DNA from: Dipteris shenzhenensis
Lineage: Eukaryota
NCBI GenBank assembly: GCA_047967505.1
Contig: CM106538.1
DNA length: 64,000 bases
Strand: one strand, 5' to 3'
The notes under the pieces are model-generated. The model saw nothing but the letters and a program-made list of their open reading frames with translations, was not told where the DNA came from and did not search any database. Shown here piece by piece: positions 38,552-49,219 of the stretch (positions within the stretch are counted from its first letter, which is position 1; each line of letters begins with the position of its first letter). The position numbers were made by a program, and so were the translations under genes.

Positions 38552-41233
38552 CTGGACCCCATCTCTGAAAAAGTGCAGGCGCAGATGAGGGCTCCTAATT
38601 CCGAGAAAGTGCAGGTGCAGATGAGGGCTCCTAATTCCTCTTCACCCCAGCCACAGGCCTCCTCAACCCCCAGCTCCAGTTCTGCTGATAGAGGCCTGGC
38701 AGGTCCTTCTCCTCCATCTTCCATGAGTGCAGGTCTTCTTCGCACTCCTCGGCCAGACTTGCTTATCAGGAATTCTTTTTCGGCACTGGCAGATTCGGCG
38801 ACTTTCATGGATGATGATGAGTTACTTCCATTTCGGTCTCTCTTTCTATTCTCCCCTTGGTTGCTAGTCATGGTATTATCTCCCCTTCTAGAGCTCAATG
38901 GATCATTATTTTGATTGGAGGGCGTAAGATTGGTCTTCTCAATCTTTATGCTCCCAACAACAGAGGGGAGCGGATCTCCTTTTCGAAGGAGTTACTCTCT
39001 TGGGCCCCCATTGCAGATTCTTGGATCATTGGTGGCGACTTCAACATGGTTGAGTTACCTTCAGACAAAAAGGGAGGCAGACAGGGTGGAATTCATTCTT
39101 TGGAGAGGGCAGCCTGGGATGCCTTTCTCTTTCAGTTCAGTGGCAGAGACACTTGGTTGATGATGCCTTTCATATTATGCCACAGTCACTCCTGTACTCT
39201 TGGTCGAACAGGAGAATACACATGCCCATTCATGCACGGATTGACAGATTTTATGTAGACGATTGGGCACTTGACAGAGGACGATCTGTATGCATTTCTA
39301 CTGGGGTTTTCACCTCAGATCATTTTACAGTGGTGTTGCAGATTCTTGAGCCTCATCGGAGAGGATGCTCTGCCAGTGTCAGGATCCCGGATGCTTTTTA
39401 TGCGGAGGAGAGCCTCACGGAGGATATTTTACAGATTTGGGTTTCTCACATACAGGGTGGAGCTATCCATCCATCTCAGGTAGCTGCAGCCTTATCCGGA
39501 ATTAGTGACTATTATCATTCAGTCGCTGATTCTAGGAGATGTGAGATTCTCAGATGTGAGATTGGTATACGCCAGCAGTTAGCGTCCCTTCAGAGGGAAG
39601 AGCAGAAGAGGCCCACAGATGCTTGGATTCAGGAGCGCCTTGCTGCAGCAAGGGCTTATTTGCAGACATTGTTGGATCAGAGAGCAGAGTATGCCTTTCA
39701 TGCATGGGAATCCTTTTGGATTCAGATGGGTGGCAGGGTCAACAAACACTTTTTCTCTACTCATGGGCCCAAACATAGTAGAGATAGTGTTTCGCAGCTT
39801 GTTGACTCAGACGGGGTGTTACAGTCAGATCCTGATGCTGTCATGCGTGTAGCTTCAGATTTTTTTGCATCCCTTCTTACTTCAGATCCAGGCACACAGG
39901 ACATTGATGATGCCAGAGAGGTTATTTGGTAGTATATCCCTGTATTGGTGAAGGATGAGATGCATGTTTCACTGGATGCACCTTTCACCAATGCAGAATT
40001 CAAGACTGCATTACTTGCCCTTCACAAGGGCAAGTGCCCAGGTTCAGATGGACTTACCCCCTCCTTTTTTATTACTTTTTGGGAGCAGATTGGTGATCAC
40101 ATTACATCAGCCCTGTAGGGCATGTGGGACTCTGGTGAGATGCCGGACTCACTTACAGATGGTCTCATCCATCTCATCCCAAAGGGGGGTAATAGGAATC
40201 TTGTGTCTCAATGGAGACCCATCACTCTTTTGGGCACTTTTTACAAGATTCTGGCGAAAGCCATCAGTCTGCGGCTACAGGTTTTTCTTCCAGATTTGAT
40301 TCATGACACGAGATAGGGTTTGTGCATGGCAGAAGTATTTTTGATAATATTTTCTCATTTTGGGAGGCCTCAGAATGGGCCATGCAGAGCCGCCAGAGAT
40401 TGGCCATTCTACTCTTGGACTTAGAGAAAGCTTACGACAGAGTATATTGGGATTTTTTAGAGGGTACTCTATCTCGCTTTGGTTTTTCAGATGCATGGAT
40501 TAGAGGAGTATCCTCTCTCTACAGATCAGCCCATAGCCAGTTGCTCATTGGGGGGGTAAGAGGGGACAGGTTTCAGATTTCTAGATCCGTCCGCTAGGGA
40601 TGTCGTCTTGCCCCGTTTCTTGTTCTGTTTGTGGCGGAAGCTATGAGTATCTACATTAGATCTCAAGCTGATTTTTATGGGCTGAGGCTTCCTATCCGCC
40701 GGGAAGAAGAGCTCCTGGATAGTGAGTTGGCAGATGACACGGCTATTTTTTTGGATGCCTCCCCCAGGACACTCACTTCCTTCCGGACAGCCTTGGATTT
40801 GTTTTCACGGCTGCAGGTACACACATTAATTGGCATAAATCCAATGGTTTTTGGATTTGCGAGGATGACACCCCGGATTGGGGTAATGATATTGGCTTCA
40901 CTTGGGTATAGAGGGGCTTCTCCGTCAGATATTTGGGCTGCCAGGTTGGGGTGGGCATCTCTACCTCACAACAGTTTGCTCCGGTGTTGGAAAGCATCAG
41001 AAAAAAGCTCCTTTTCTAGAGCTCAGCCAAACTTGACTTGGCCTCCAGGGTGGTGGTGGTTAACCAGGTTCTTCTAGCCACAGCATGGTTTGTATGCTCT
41101 TGTTGGTGCCACTCTAGGGAGTGTATCACTCAACTTAAGAGGCTTGTACGAAACTTTTTATGGAGTGGTCTAGATGGCACAACTGATGTTACAGCCAGGG
41201 TGGCTTGGGAGACCTTGATTCTTCCTACAAGAG
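38552..41233 (+). mobile_element. L1 family A internal fragment A3 (ORF1 linker piece, EN, RT); no poly(A), no TSD
   Basis: ORFs 38486, 38857, 39153, 40122, 40322, 40631, 41038; sits inside L1-B ORF1 in opposite orientation. Confidence 0.88.
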
Positions 41234-42290
41234 TTGACTCTGCTCTGAAACTGAATCGGTGAGCTCATAAGTACTCTTTGAGCCTGCTCTGCAGACTGAA
41301 GGCCAAAAGAAAAGTACCCTCTGCCAAGCAATCGAAAAACCGTAACTGAGACACCCAATGAGGGCATGCTGGTGTACACCCAATCACGTAACTGTTGGCC
41401 TCTACCAGGTAGAAAGCCAATGATGTGTTATGAATGAAAACCCTCCTGTGCCACCTCAATCATCTGCACAATGTCGGGAGGAAAAGAAACTGTGACTTCA
41501 ATCTCCTCAGGTTCGGCGACGGGAGTGGCATTAGTGTCCTCCATTGTCTCAGCTTATGCTGTCCTGAGGGGAGGAGCTACCTCTACTGAAAATACCCACC
41601 AAGAACTCACAACCAACCACAAGTAAATCCCCAAAAAACCTGTATAATGAATGCTCCGATCTTCAGCCTGCGTGGGATGCAAACAGGTCACTCAAAGCTG
41701 AAGCAGACAGCTCCGCCAATGCCTGGAAACAGCCCAGGATCTCAGCTCCCTGGAACATGAGTCGAACAGTCCCGGAGAGGGCCTTGAAACAACCCTACCT
41801 GAAGCAAGGGAGGGGCGGGAAATCAGCAAGGGAGGGGGCCTGAAAGGCAACCTGGTGTGGCCAGATAGCAGGCTGAAGGGGGGGCGCGACGCACAACCAA
41901 ACAGCAGGCTGAAGGGGGTGCACGACGCACGGGCAGACAGGCTGAAGCGGGGGGGCGACCCGAGCAAGATGCTGCCAAGGGGGCCTGCGTGGCCAAGGCA
42001 GCAGGGCGACCTGAGCAGGGCGCTGCCAAGGGTGCGTGCGCAGCCAAGGCAGCTGGGCACGGCCAAGGGAGCGAAGCGCTGCCAAGGGGGCTGGGTGATG
42101 GCGACGGGCGGTGGTGGGCAGCTGCAGACGGGAGCTCCTCCAATAGTAAGATCTTTGTTGTCATCCTCCTTCTCTCCGTTACATAAGCATTGCCGGCTAG
42201 TTCGCCAAAAGCAACGAAACTTTGTTCACCATAACGAGGAGGAACTACTGAACATTCTATTTAGTAATAACTCCAAAGGCTTTTGGCGGT

Positions 42291-43398
42291 AAGCGGATGG
42301 TCGTCTAGAGTTGCTGCTCCTCCCCGCTCCCTTGCTGCACCCTCTCCCTTAGCCCGTCTCTCCCTCTCTCGCTTGCCCTCAGCCCCTCCCTCTCCCTCAG
42401 CCGCTCCCTCCCTTCCCCTCCTCCCCTTCAGCCCACCCCCTTCCACCCCGCTTCCTCTCCTCCTCCTCTCAGCCTGCTCCCCCGCCCCCTCCCTGCCTGC
42501 TCCCCCGCCCCCTCCCTGCCTCTCCGTCCCCTCCCTGCCTGCTCCCCCGCCCCCTCTCTGCCTCTCCGCCCCCTCCCTGCCTCTCAGCCCGCCCCCTGCT
42601 CCCCCGCCCCCTCCCTGCCTGCTCCCTTGCCCCCTCCGTGCCTCTCCGCCCCCTCCCTGCCTCTCCGCCCCCTCCGTGCCTGCTCCCCCGCCCCCTCCCT
42701 GCCTCTCTGCCCCCTCTCTACCTCTCAGCCGCCCCCTCCTCTCCCTCTCCTCCCCCTTCCCTTCACTCCCCGCTCCCTCTCCTCCCCCTCTCAGCGTGCT
42801 CCTCCCCCCCTCCCTGCCCCTCCCTCTCCTTCCTCTCCCTCTCCTCTCCCTCTCAGCCCTCCCCCTCCCTGCCCCTCAGCCCGCCCCCTTCCTGCATCTC
42901 CTTCCTCTCCCTTTCCTCTTCCTAGCCTGCCCCCTCCCTCCCTCTGAGCCTGCCCCCCTCCCCTTCGGCCTCTCCCCTTTACCCCTCCCCTTCTCGCCCT
43001 TTCCCCCCGCTCCCTCCTCACCTCCTTCCCGCCAGATGCACAGAGGCTTTGGAGGGTACTCAGGTTCATCCCTCGCACACATTGGCTAGTATCTGGATAG
43101 ACATCTGGATAGACACTGTACATACTTTGATGGCCGTATGGATGGGTATGCAGGGAGACTCCCGTGCAGCCTCAGCTAAGCTTCTTTCTTCAGGGAATGG
43201 AAGGATTCTCCTTTCTTCTCTGAGACTACTACAGGGTTGAGGTGGCACTTTCAGCCTCAGCCTTGGTTGTTTTCCACCTCACTCTGAGGGGGTTTTTTAT
43301 TTATCCTTATGATTTCATGATGTATTCCGCTTTGAGCTTGCTCTCGCGGGTTTTTTCTCTTACTTAATAGAAGTCTTTTTCTTGAAAAAAAAAAAAAA
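42291..43398 (+). mobile_element. 1.1-kb internally deleted L1 family A derivative (C-rich leader plus last 370 bp)
   Basis: TSD AAAGGCTTTTGGCGGT (42275-42290) / AAAGACTTTTGGCGAT (43396-43411), 14/16 identical; poly(A) 43385-43398; 43030-43380 nearly identical to 63673-64000. Confidence 0.88.
42318..43030. repeat. C/T-rich low-complexity tandem tract
   Basis: CCTGCTCCCCCGCCCCCTCC-type units. Confidence 0.9.
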
Positions 43399-44084
43399 GA
43401 CTTTTGGCGATGGTTCCTTGAACGGCGGTCCCTCTCTTCACTCACAGATACTCAAGTTTGGCACAACTATGCCCTCACTTTATCTAACATCCCCGATCAG
43501 GCCACTCCTGATCCCTCACACACACCACGACCGACCTCTTGTACTCTATTCACTAAGGGGGGCATCAAAGACACAGTCATGAAGGTTCACAATGGCAGAG
43601 CAAAAGATCATGAGGGTTTATGCATTCAGTTTGTTGCATACGGGATTGATATCCTGGCCTCTATCCTAGCAAAGCTATTAAATGATGCAGTTTGCCTCGG
43701 TTTCCCACACACATGGACCGTTAACACTATCACACCTATTCACAAGACTGGGGATCCCATGAGTCCAGGTAACTACAGGACTATTATGATTGGACATGTC
43801 ATATGTCCGGCAGAGTTCAGACAGGGGTCGGATGGACAGATGAGATTATGAGCACCATTGGGATCAAACAAGGCTGCCCACTTTTGCCGACCATGGTTGG
43901 CCTTTATATAGATGAGCTTGAGTCTTTTATGAAGACCCTAGGAGGGGATGGTTGCTCTCTCGCCGGTTACTTGCTCCATATTTTATTGTACGCTGATGAT
44001 GTGGTACGCTTATCTTCATCCGCCGCCGCTGAGGGACTCTAGAGACACCTAGATGCACTACTGGCTTTCTGTGAGTCCCATGAC

Positions 44085-44540
44085 TTTTTTTTTGCAAAAA
44101 AAGACTTCTATTAAGTATGAATGAAAACTGGAGCAAGCTCAATGCGAAAGTACCTCATGTAAATAAATACAGCAGAGAAATCAAAGCTCAAAAAGAGCTA
44201 GCAAATAACCAAGGATGAGGCTGAAAATACCAAGTCGACCCTAAGACAAAAAGGAGATCCCCTCCAAACTCTGAAGAAAGTGTTCCTCGTAGCAGAGACT
44301 GCTCTTGATGACCCCTACATACTCGCCTAGATGGCCAGCAAGGTATGTATAGTATCAGGCCAAATACTGGCCAATGTTTGAGAGGGGTGAACCTGGGATA
44401 CATCCAATGCCTCTGTACATCTGGCTCTCCAAATATGCCAAGCTGCAATACTAGCTAGAATCTCCCATGATGTGTCTATTGATGTACATGCAGCTCTGAA
44501 AGGAGTAAAAGCAACATCCTGTAGGGAACATGACTCTTGA
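44085..44540 (-). mobile_element. 5'-truncated L1 family A 3' end
   Basis: Poly(T) 44085-44093, family A 3' UTR, DTSWEILASIAAWHIWRARC. Confidence 0.85.
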
Positions 44541-44827
44541 TGGAATCCCTTGAGATGTCTCAATATGTGAGAAAGAAGAAAGGTGTGATTTCATTGTTGC
44601 TTGGACACTTGTCTGAAGGCAAGGCACAAAGTGCAGCCTAGAGCTCCTGTGTAGTTAAAGGCTTCCAATTGGATCCATCCTCATCGCTATTGTGACTTTT
44701 TTTTTTGCCGAAAAAACAGTTCTAATTATATTACTTCGAGAACAAGATACAAGAGGTCAGCTTATAGCTGACGGGCTGCGTTCACAAACCGGACGCAGCC
44801 CAAAAGGTAGCATAATAAATCATACTC

Positions 44828-47800
44828 TCACGGAGGAATATGCTGAGTGTGAATGAACAGCCATCGGGGTGGTGAGTAGTGCCACCGAAGGCCCTGCGTA
44901 GTCTGCTCGAAGAAGAGGCTCTGTGAATCCCAAGCCTGGAGGAAGCGTCTCCGCTTCTCCTGACCAGCCCGGGAGTCTCCCTGAATCTGGTCCCACTGGC
45001 CTCTGAGGGTATGAATAATCTCACTCCAAATCTCCGCCATGATCTGGGCAGTCGATAAGGAGGTGCCACCGAGGATCTGCGCGCAGCGCGAGGTCCAGAT
45101 GTGCCATCCTGTAATGCTGCTGATAATCTCCCAGACTGGCTGCCTCTCCCGAACTCCTGTATCAGCCTCTGCTAGGTGCTGTGGGATACCCTCGAGCGGC
45201 CCCAACGTCCCCTGTGTGATAAGGAAAGTGGGGTCCTGCTGGCATGCCTCGAACAAGTGATGAAGACCAGGTGCGGTGCTGCACCAACAGAACGCGCCCC
45301 AAGTGATCACTCCTAGCTCTGGTGCTGCACGAGTAAGAAGCCCGAAAGTCCACCTCCACACTTCCTGGGCGCGCATGCAGCTCCACAGGCAGTGTTTTGG
45401 TGACTCCTCATCCGCATGGCAAATCTGACAGCAACCGTCCTGGCCTATCTGCCTCAACCAGCTCCCCACTGGAAGACCTTTGTGGGTAAGAAGCCACAGG
45501 AAGTATGAGATCTTCCGCGGCCGCCAGCTCTCCCACAAGGCCTTCCATAAAGCCTGCAAAAAGAACCTGGAAATACCCTGTGCGTACCAGCTAGGACGCT
45601 GGGTGGGGGGGCGGCTCTGCATCCTCCCGAGAACTCGCCTGCCCAGAGTCGTGCTGTAAGCGAAGAAGGAAGTCTGCCCCTGTCCTGTCACAATCTCTGG
45701 CCACCACCACTCTCCTGGGTCCCACTCAAGCTCTGACAAGGCCCGCCCCTCCCAGAGCCAAAGACGCCAAAGCTGCAACTGGTCCTGCTCGATACTAGGG
45801 TCGGTATGCCAGACCTTCCCCAGAAGGCCTACGACCCTAACCCTCTGCCATGGGAGTAGGGGGTCAATGAGCGCATCCTCTCTCCTGAGTCGTCCGTCCC
45901 CTGAAACCGCGAAGAAGGCGATAGAGGAGTCATCCAAACGTCCTGCGACCACCAGTGGGATGCCACGGGGGGTGAACTGTCCCAGCCAGTGGGTGTCTCC
46001 AGGCATGAGGACCTGAGGCTCAGGTGGAGCCAACCAAGCGGCTGGGATCGCACCGTCGATCTCCGTGCGTCTCGCCTGGACTCCGCGTGCACCTCCCGCT
46101 GCGTCTGCCAGATCGGCCATCTCCAGATGTCTGTACGTGTCCCTCCAAACTCGAAGGGACCGGGCTGGCCCCCTCATCCAGCCGTCCCACCTGATATGTG
46201 ATCTCTCCCCCAGCTGAAGGCCCTCGGCGTCTCTGACCTGCCCATTCCAGACGAGCGGCTGGCGATCGATCTCCTCCTGACAGCTGGGCTGGGACTGAAT
46301 GAGACTGAGACGGAGCCGCCTCCAAACCATGAGGAGGCTACGAACGAGTGGGGAGCGGGGCTGAGTGAGCGGGGCGGAAGTGAAGATCCACCTGAAGGAC
46401 GGTAGCCACTCTCCACCTCGGCGCGGGACACAAGAGCCGACTCCCTGCTGAAGTAACATCTTCCACGTCTGCCCCCCTGGGGTCAAACCGCGGATGATAA
46501 GCTTGCCTAACAAGGCCTGACTCTGAAGCTCTGGATCAATGACCCCCAGACCCCCCTCCGCCTGCGGAAGAATGACTGTCTGCCAAGCAACCCTGGCTCT
46601 GGTATCTCTCTGCCCATCCTCCCCAGACCAAAGAAAGTTCCGAACCAACCTCCTGAGCTGTGCCACGCTGGATCTCGAGAAGCACCAACAGGAAGCCACA
46701 TACCAAGCCGTGGCTAGAAGGACCTGGTTAACTACTAAAGCACGACCTGCAAGGGACAGCTTAGCAGTGCTCCAGAAAGCCAGCTTCCGTCGGATGGAAT
46801 CTAGCACCGGGAGAAACTGCTGAGCTGGCGTAATGTCTAGGCCAACCTGGAAGCCAAGGTATCTAGCTGTCTGTCCACGTGGAATCCATCTGAAGCCCAG
46901 GAATCGCCCCCACTGAGAACACGCCCCCGGGTCTGTGAGAAAACCAACTGATTTGTTCCAGTTGATTTTCGCACCAGCGGCCGAGCAGAAAACCTCCAGG
47001 GCCATCCGCACCCTCTCTAGCATCCTCTCATCGTCCTGGACATAAAGGGCTGTATCATCTGCGTACTCTGAGTCCAGAAGCTCCGTGTCCTCCCGGAGTG
47101 GAAGGCGAACACCCCTGAGCCCTGTGGACCTCGCCCGAAGGTAGTAAGTCATGGCCTCGGCGAAGAAGAGAAACAGATAAGGAGCCAGGGGGCAGCCCTG
47201 ACGTACTGATCTCTCCAAGCTGAAACGCTCACCCATCCTGCCTCCAATGATGACTCTGCTAGACGCTGTCCTGTACAAAGCTGAGATACCCTGAATCCAG
47301 CCTGCCGGGAAACCTAGTCGCTCCAGAGTCCCCTCCAAAAAGGACCAATCCACGCGATCGTAGGCCTTCTCGAAGTCGAGAAGTAAAATGGCAAGGTGTG
47401 AACCGCTGTACTGAGCCCACTCCGCCGCCTCTGAAAAGGTGAAGACATTATCCAGGATACTGCGATCCTGGACAAAGCCTGTCTGAGTGTCATGGACGAG
47501 GTCTGGGAGTAGAGGTCGAACTCTGGCACTGATCATCTTGGCGAGGATTTTGTAGGCAGTGGTAAGGAGAGTGATCGGACGCCACTGGCGGATCTCCTGT
47601 CTATCTCCTCCCTTCGGGATGAGGCAAATCAGTCCCGAGGAAAGGCTCTCTGGCATCTGACCGCTGCTGAAAATCCCCTGCAGAGCTGCAAGGAGGGGCT
47701 GATGGATCTGGTCCCAGAAGGAGGTGAAGAAAGCTGGGGATAGCCCATCCTCACCTGGGCATTTCTGCCCATCAATAGCCATCAAGGCCTCCAACATCTC

Positions 47801-49219
47801 GTCCGCGGTGAACGGCGCCAACAACGTCGCCTGCATGCTGGGCTGGACCAGGGATGGAATGTGCCTCCACACCTCCTCACGGTCACGACTAGCACGAGGG
47901 GCAAGTGGCTCCTGCTGGAAGAGGGTCCTGTAGAAGTCAGTGGCCAACCCCAGGACCTCCCCCAGGTCCGTAACAATGTGACCATCCGCTGTCCTGAGAC
48001 TCCATAGCTGATCACCTGCAGCTCTCTGGCCGTGTGTCCTGAAGAACTCCCTGCACATCCGGTCACCCTTCCGGGCCCAGAAGGAGAGAGAGGCGTGAAA
48101 GGAGAACTCGGAGCGACGCTGGAGGGTCTCCTCCAAGAGGGCTCTGGCTCGAAGGGCCTGGATCCGAAGCTCCTCCGAGCCCGGGGAAGACTGCTGAAGT
48201 CGCTGAATGGAGGCGAGGTCCCTCCGAAGAGCTCTCTCTCTGCCCCACCAATCCTGTCGAACCTGTAGGGCTGCGAGCTGGCAGATCTGGCTGGACTCCT
48301 GCAGAGCCTGCGCGACCGAGTCTACCAGATCCATGCCCTCCCCCCAGTCTCTGTCCCAAAGACTGCAAATGCTGCTACGGACGTCCGCCCTCGAGAAGAT
48401 GGAATCGGGAATCCTGCATGATCGGGGGGGGAGAGTCTGGGCTGCCGAATCTAATGAGAGGAGCACAGGCGCATGGTCGGATAGTGTCGTCCCTGGAACA
48501 ATGCCCGCCTGGCCACCTCTGCTGATGGCCCAATCGCTGACATAAAACCTATCAAGCCGCTCCAGGAGTCTGCCTCCTTCCCTGCGGAAGCCCCAAGAGA
48601 AGTCCAGGCTCCCGTGCCAACGCCGGAAGGACGGGTCTCTCCAACTGTCCCTCCCTCCTGTTGCGAAGATGAAAGAATCCCAAGCTGACTGCTCTGCCTG
48701 AGCCATACCTGTGAACTCCGGATCTCTACCCTGCTGGTCCTCCAAGGTCTCCAGGTTGTTGAAGTCTCCTCCAACAATCCAGGAATCCATGTCTGGAAGA
48801 ATCCCTGTAAGTGTCCTCCAGAAGGTGGCTCTGCATCTGAGGTCTGTGGGAGCATAAATGTTGAGGATTCCTATCTTGGATCCCTCCAAATTCAGGCCTA
48901 CCCAAAGGGCTCGGCCTGGGATCAACGTGCCGTGACCGAAAACTGACTGAGCTAACTGCTCGCACACGGAGGTACAGACCCCCCCGCTCCTCCCCTGTGC
49001 GCCGATCAAAGGCTCCCAATAAGTGTAGGAGCGTCCAGGGAGAACCTTCCCGCAGCTACGGGCATGAGCCGCAGAAAGCTTGTGCTCCTGGAGCAGCAGT
49101 ACATCCAATCGACCAATCACTGCAGGCTGAAGTTCCTGACGCAAAATGAGCTTCCTGGGACCACGGGTACTCGAAGAGTGAAACCCGTTCACATTCCAGG
49201 ATACGAGGTGTAGGCTCAT
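44828..49219 (-). CDS. L1 ORF2p, 1463 aa: APE endonuclease, reverse transcriptase, zf-RVT-like C-terminus
   Basis: LVSWNVNG, LLQEHK, IVGGDFN, RLDRF, SDH; WRPITLL, DFEKAYDRVDW, SVRQGCPLAP, YADD; CQIC..DEESPKHCLWSC. No RNase H seen. Confidence 0.97.
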   Translation of the reverse strand: MSLHLVSWNVNGFHSSSTRGPRKLILRQELQPAVIGRLDVLLLQEHKLSAAHARSCGKVLPGRSYTYWEPLIGAQGRSGGVCTSVCEQLAQSVFGHGTLIPGRALWVGLNLEGSKIGILNIYAPTDLRCRATFWRTLTGILPDMDSWIVGGDFNNLETLEDQQGRDPEFTGMAQAEQSAWDSFIFATGGRDSWRDPSFRRWHGSLDFSWGFRREGGRLLERLDRFYVSDWAISRGGQAGIVPGTTLSDHAPVLLSLDSAAQTLPPRSCRIPDSIFSRADVRSSICSLWDRDWGEGMDLVDSVAQALQESSQICQLAALQVRQDWWGRERALRRDLASIQRLQQSSPGSEELRIQALRARALLEETLQRRSEFSFHASLSFWARKGDRMCREFFRTHGQRAAGDQLWSLRTADGHIVTDLGEVLGLATDFYRTLFQQEPLAPRASRDREEVWRHIPSLVQPSMQATLLAPFTADEMLEALMAIDGQKCPGEDGLSPAFFTSFWDQIHQPLLAALQGIFSSGQMPESLSSGLICLIPKGGDRQEIRQWRPITLLTTAYKILAKMISARVRPLLPDLVHDTQTGFVQDRSILDNVFTFSEAAEWAQYSGSHLAILLLDFEKAYDRVDWSFLEGTLERLGFPAGWIQGISALYRTASSRVIIGGRMGERFSLERSVRQGCPLAPYLFLFFAEAMTYYLRARSTGLRGVRLPLREDTELLDSEYADDTALYVQDDERMLERVRMALEVFCSAAGAKINWNKSVGFLTDPGACSQWGRFLGFRWIPRGQTARYLGFQVGLDITPAQQFLPVLDSIRRKLAFWSTAKLSLAGRALVVNQVLLATAWYVASCWCFSRSSVAQLRRLVRNFLWSGEDGQRDTRARVAWQTVILPQAEGGLGVIDPELQSQALLGKLIIRGLTPGGQTWKMLLQQGVGSCVPRRGGEWLPSFRWIFTSAPLTQPRSPLVRSLLMVWRRLRLSLIQSQPSCQEEIDRQPLVWNGQVRDAEGLQLGERSHIRWDGWMRGPARSLRVWRDTYRHLEMADLADAAGGARGVQARRTEIDGAIPAAWLAPPEPQVLMPGDTHWLGQFTPRGIPLVVAGRLDDSSIAFFAVSGDGRLRREDALIDPLLPWQRVRVVGLLGKVWHTDPSIEQDQLQLWRLWLWEGRALSELEWDPGEWWWPEIVTGQGQTSFFAYSTTLGRRVLGRMQSRPPTQRPSWYAQGISRFFLQALWKALWESWRPRKISYFLWLLTHKGLPVGSWLRQIGQDGCCQICHADEESPKHCLWSCMRAQEVWRWTFGLLTRAAPELGVITWGAFCWCSTAPGLHHLFEACQQDPTFLITQGTLGPLEGIPQHLAEADTGVRERQPVWEIISSITGWHIWTSRCAQILGGTSLSTAQIMAEIWSEIIHTLRGQWDQIQGDSRAGQEKRRRFLQAWDSQSLFFEQTTQGLRWHYSPPRWLFIHTQHIPP

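Larger units (their letters stand above)
25330..42176 (-). mobile_element. Full-length decayed L1 (family B) hosting three later insertions
   Basis: Repetitive 5' leader at about 41800-42120; ORF1 ATG 41544 (DUF4283-like, LLGRGYF); zinc knuckle CLFCRKRGHFIRDC at about 38470-38510; ORF2 ATG 36903 (IISWNVRG); RT 28975-30340; C-terminus WHFRPPPWLF. Candidate TSD CGTTACGT (25322-25329) / CGTTACAT (42177-42184). Confidence 0.85.
25140..44084 (+). mobile_element. RTEX-like LINE relic (copy 2) in three pieces: 25140-25329, 42177-42290, 43412-44084
   Basis: Pieces join as ...PCNSWYDDECKAFR...EPNTLR|KHCRLVRQKQ...NNSK.FWR|WFLERR...YRTIMIG...KQGCPL...LLYADD, collinear with copy 1. Confidence 0.8.

Noticed and set aside
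32453-40915. Shared CAG>TAG stop (WV*RG) as proof of A2/A3 common origin
   Set aside because: The same stop occurs in A1 at about 9832 and is a CHG deamination hotspot; only the shared indel was used as evidence.
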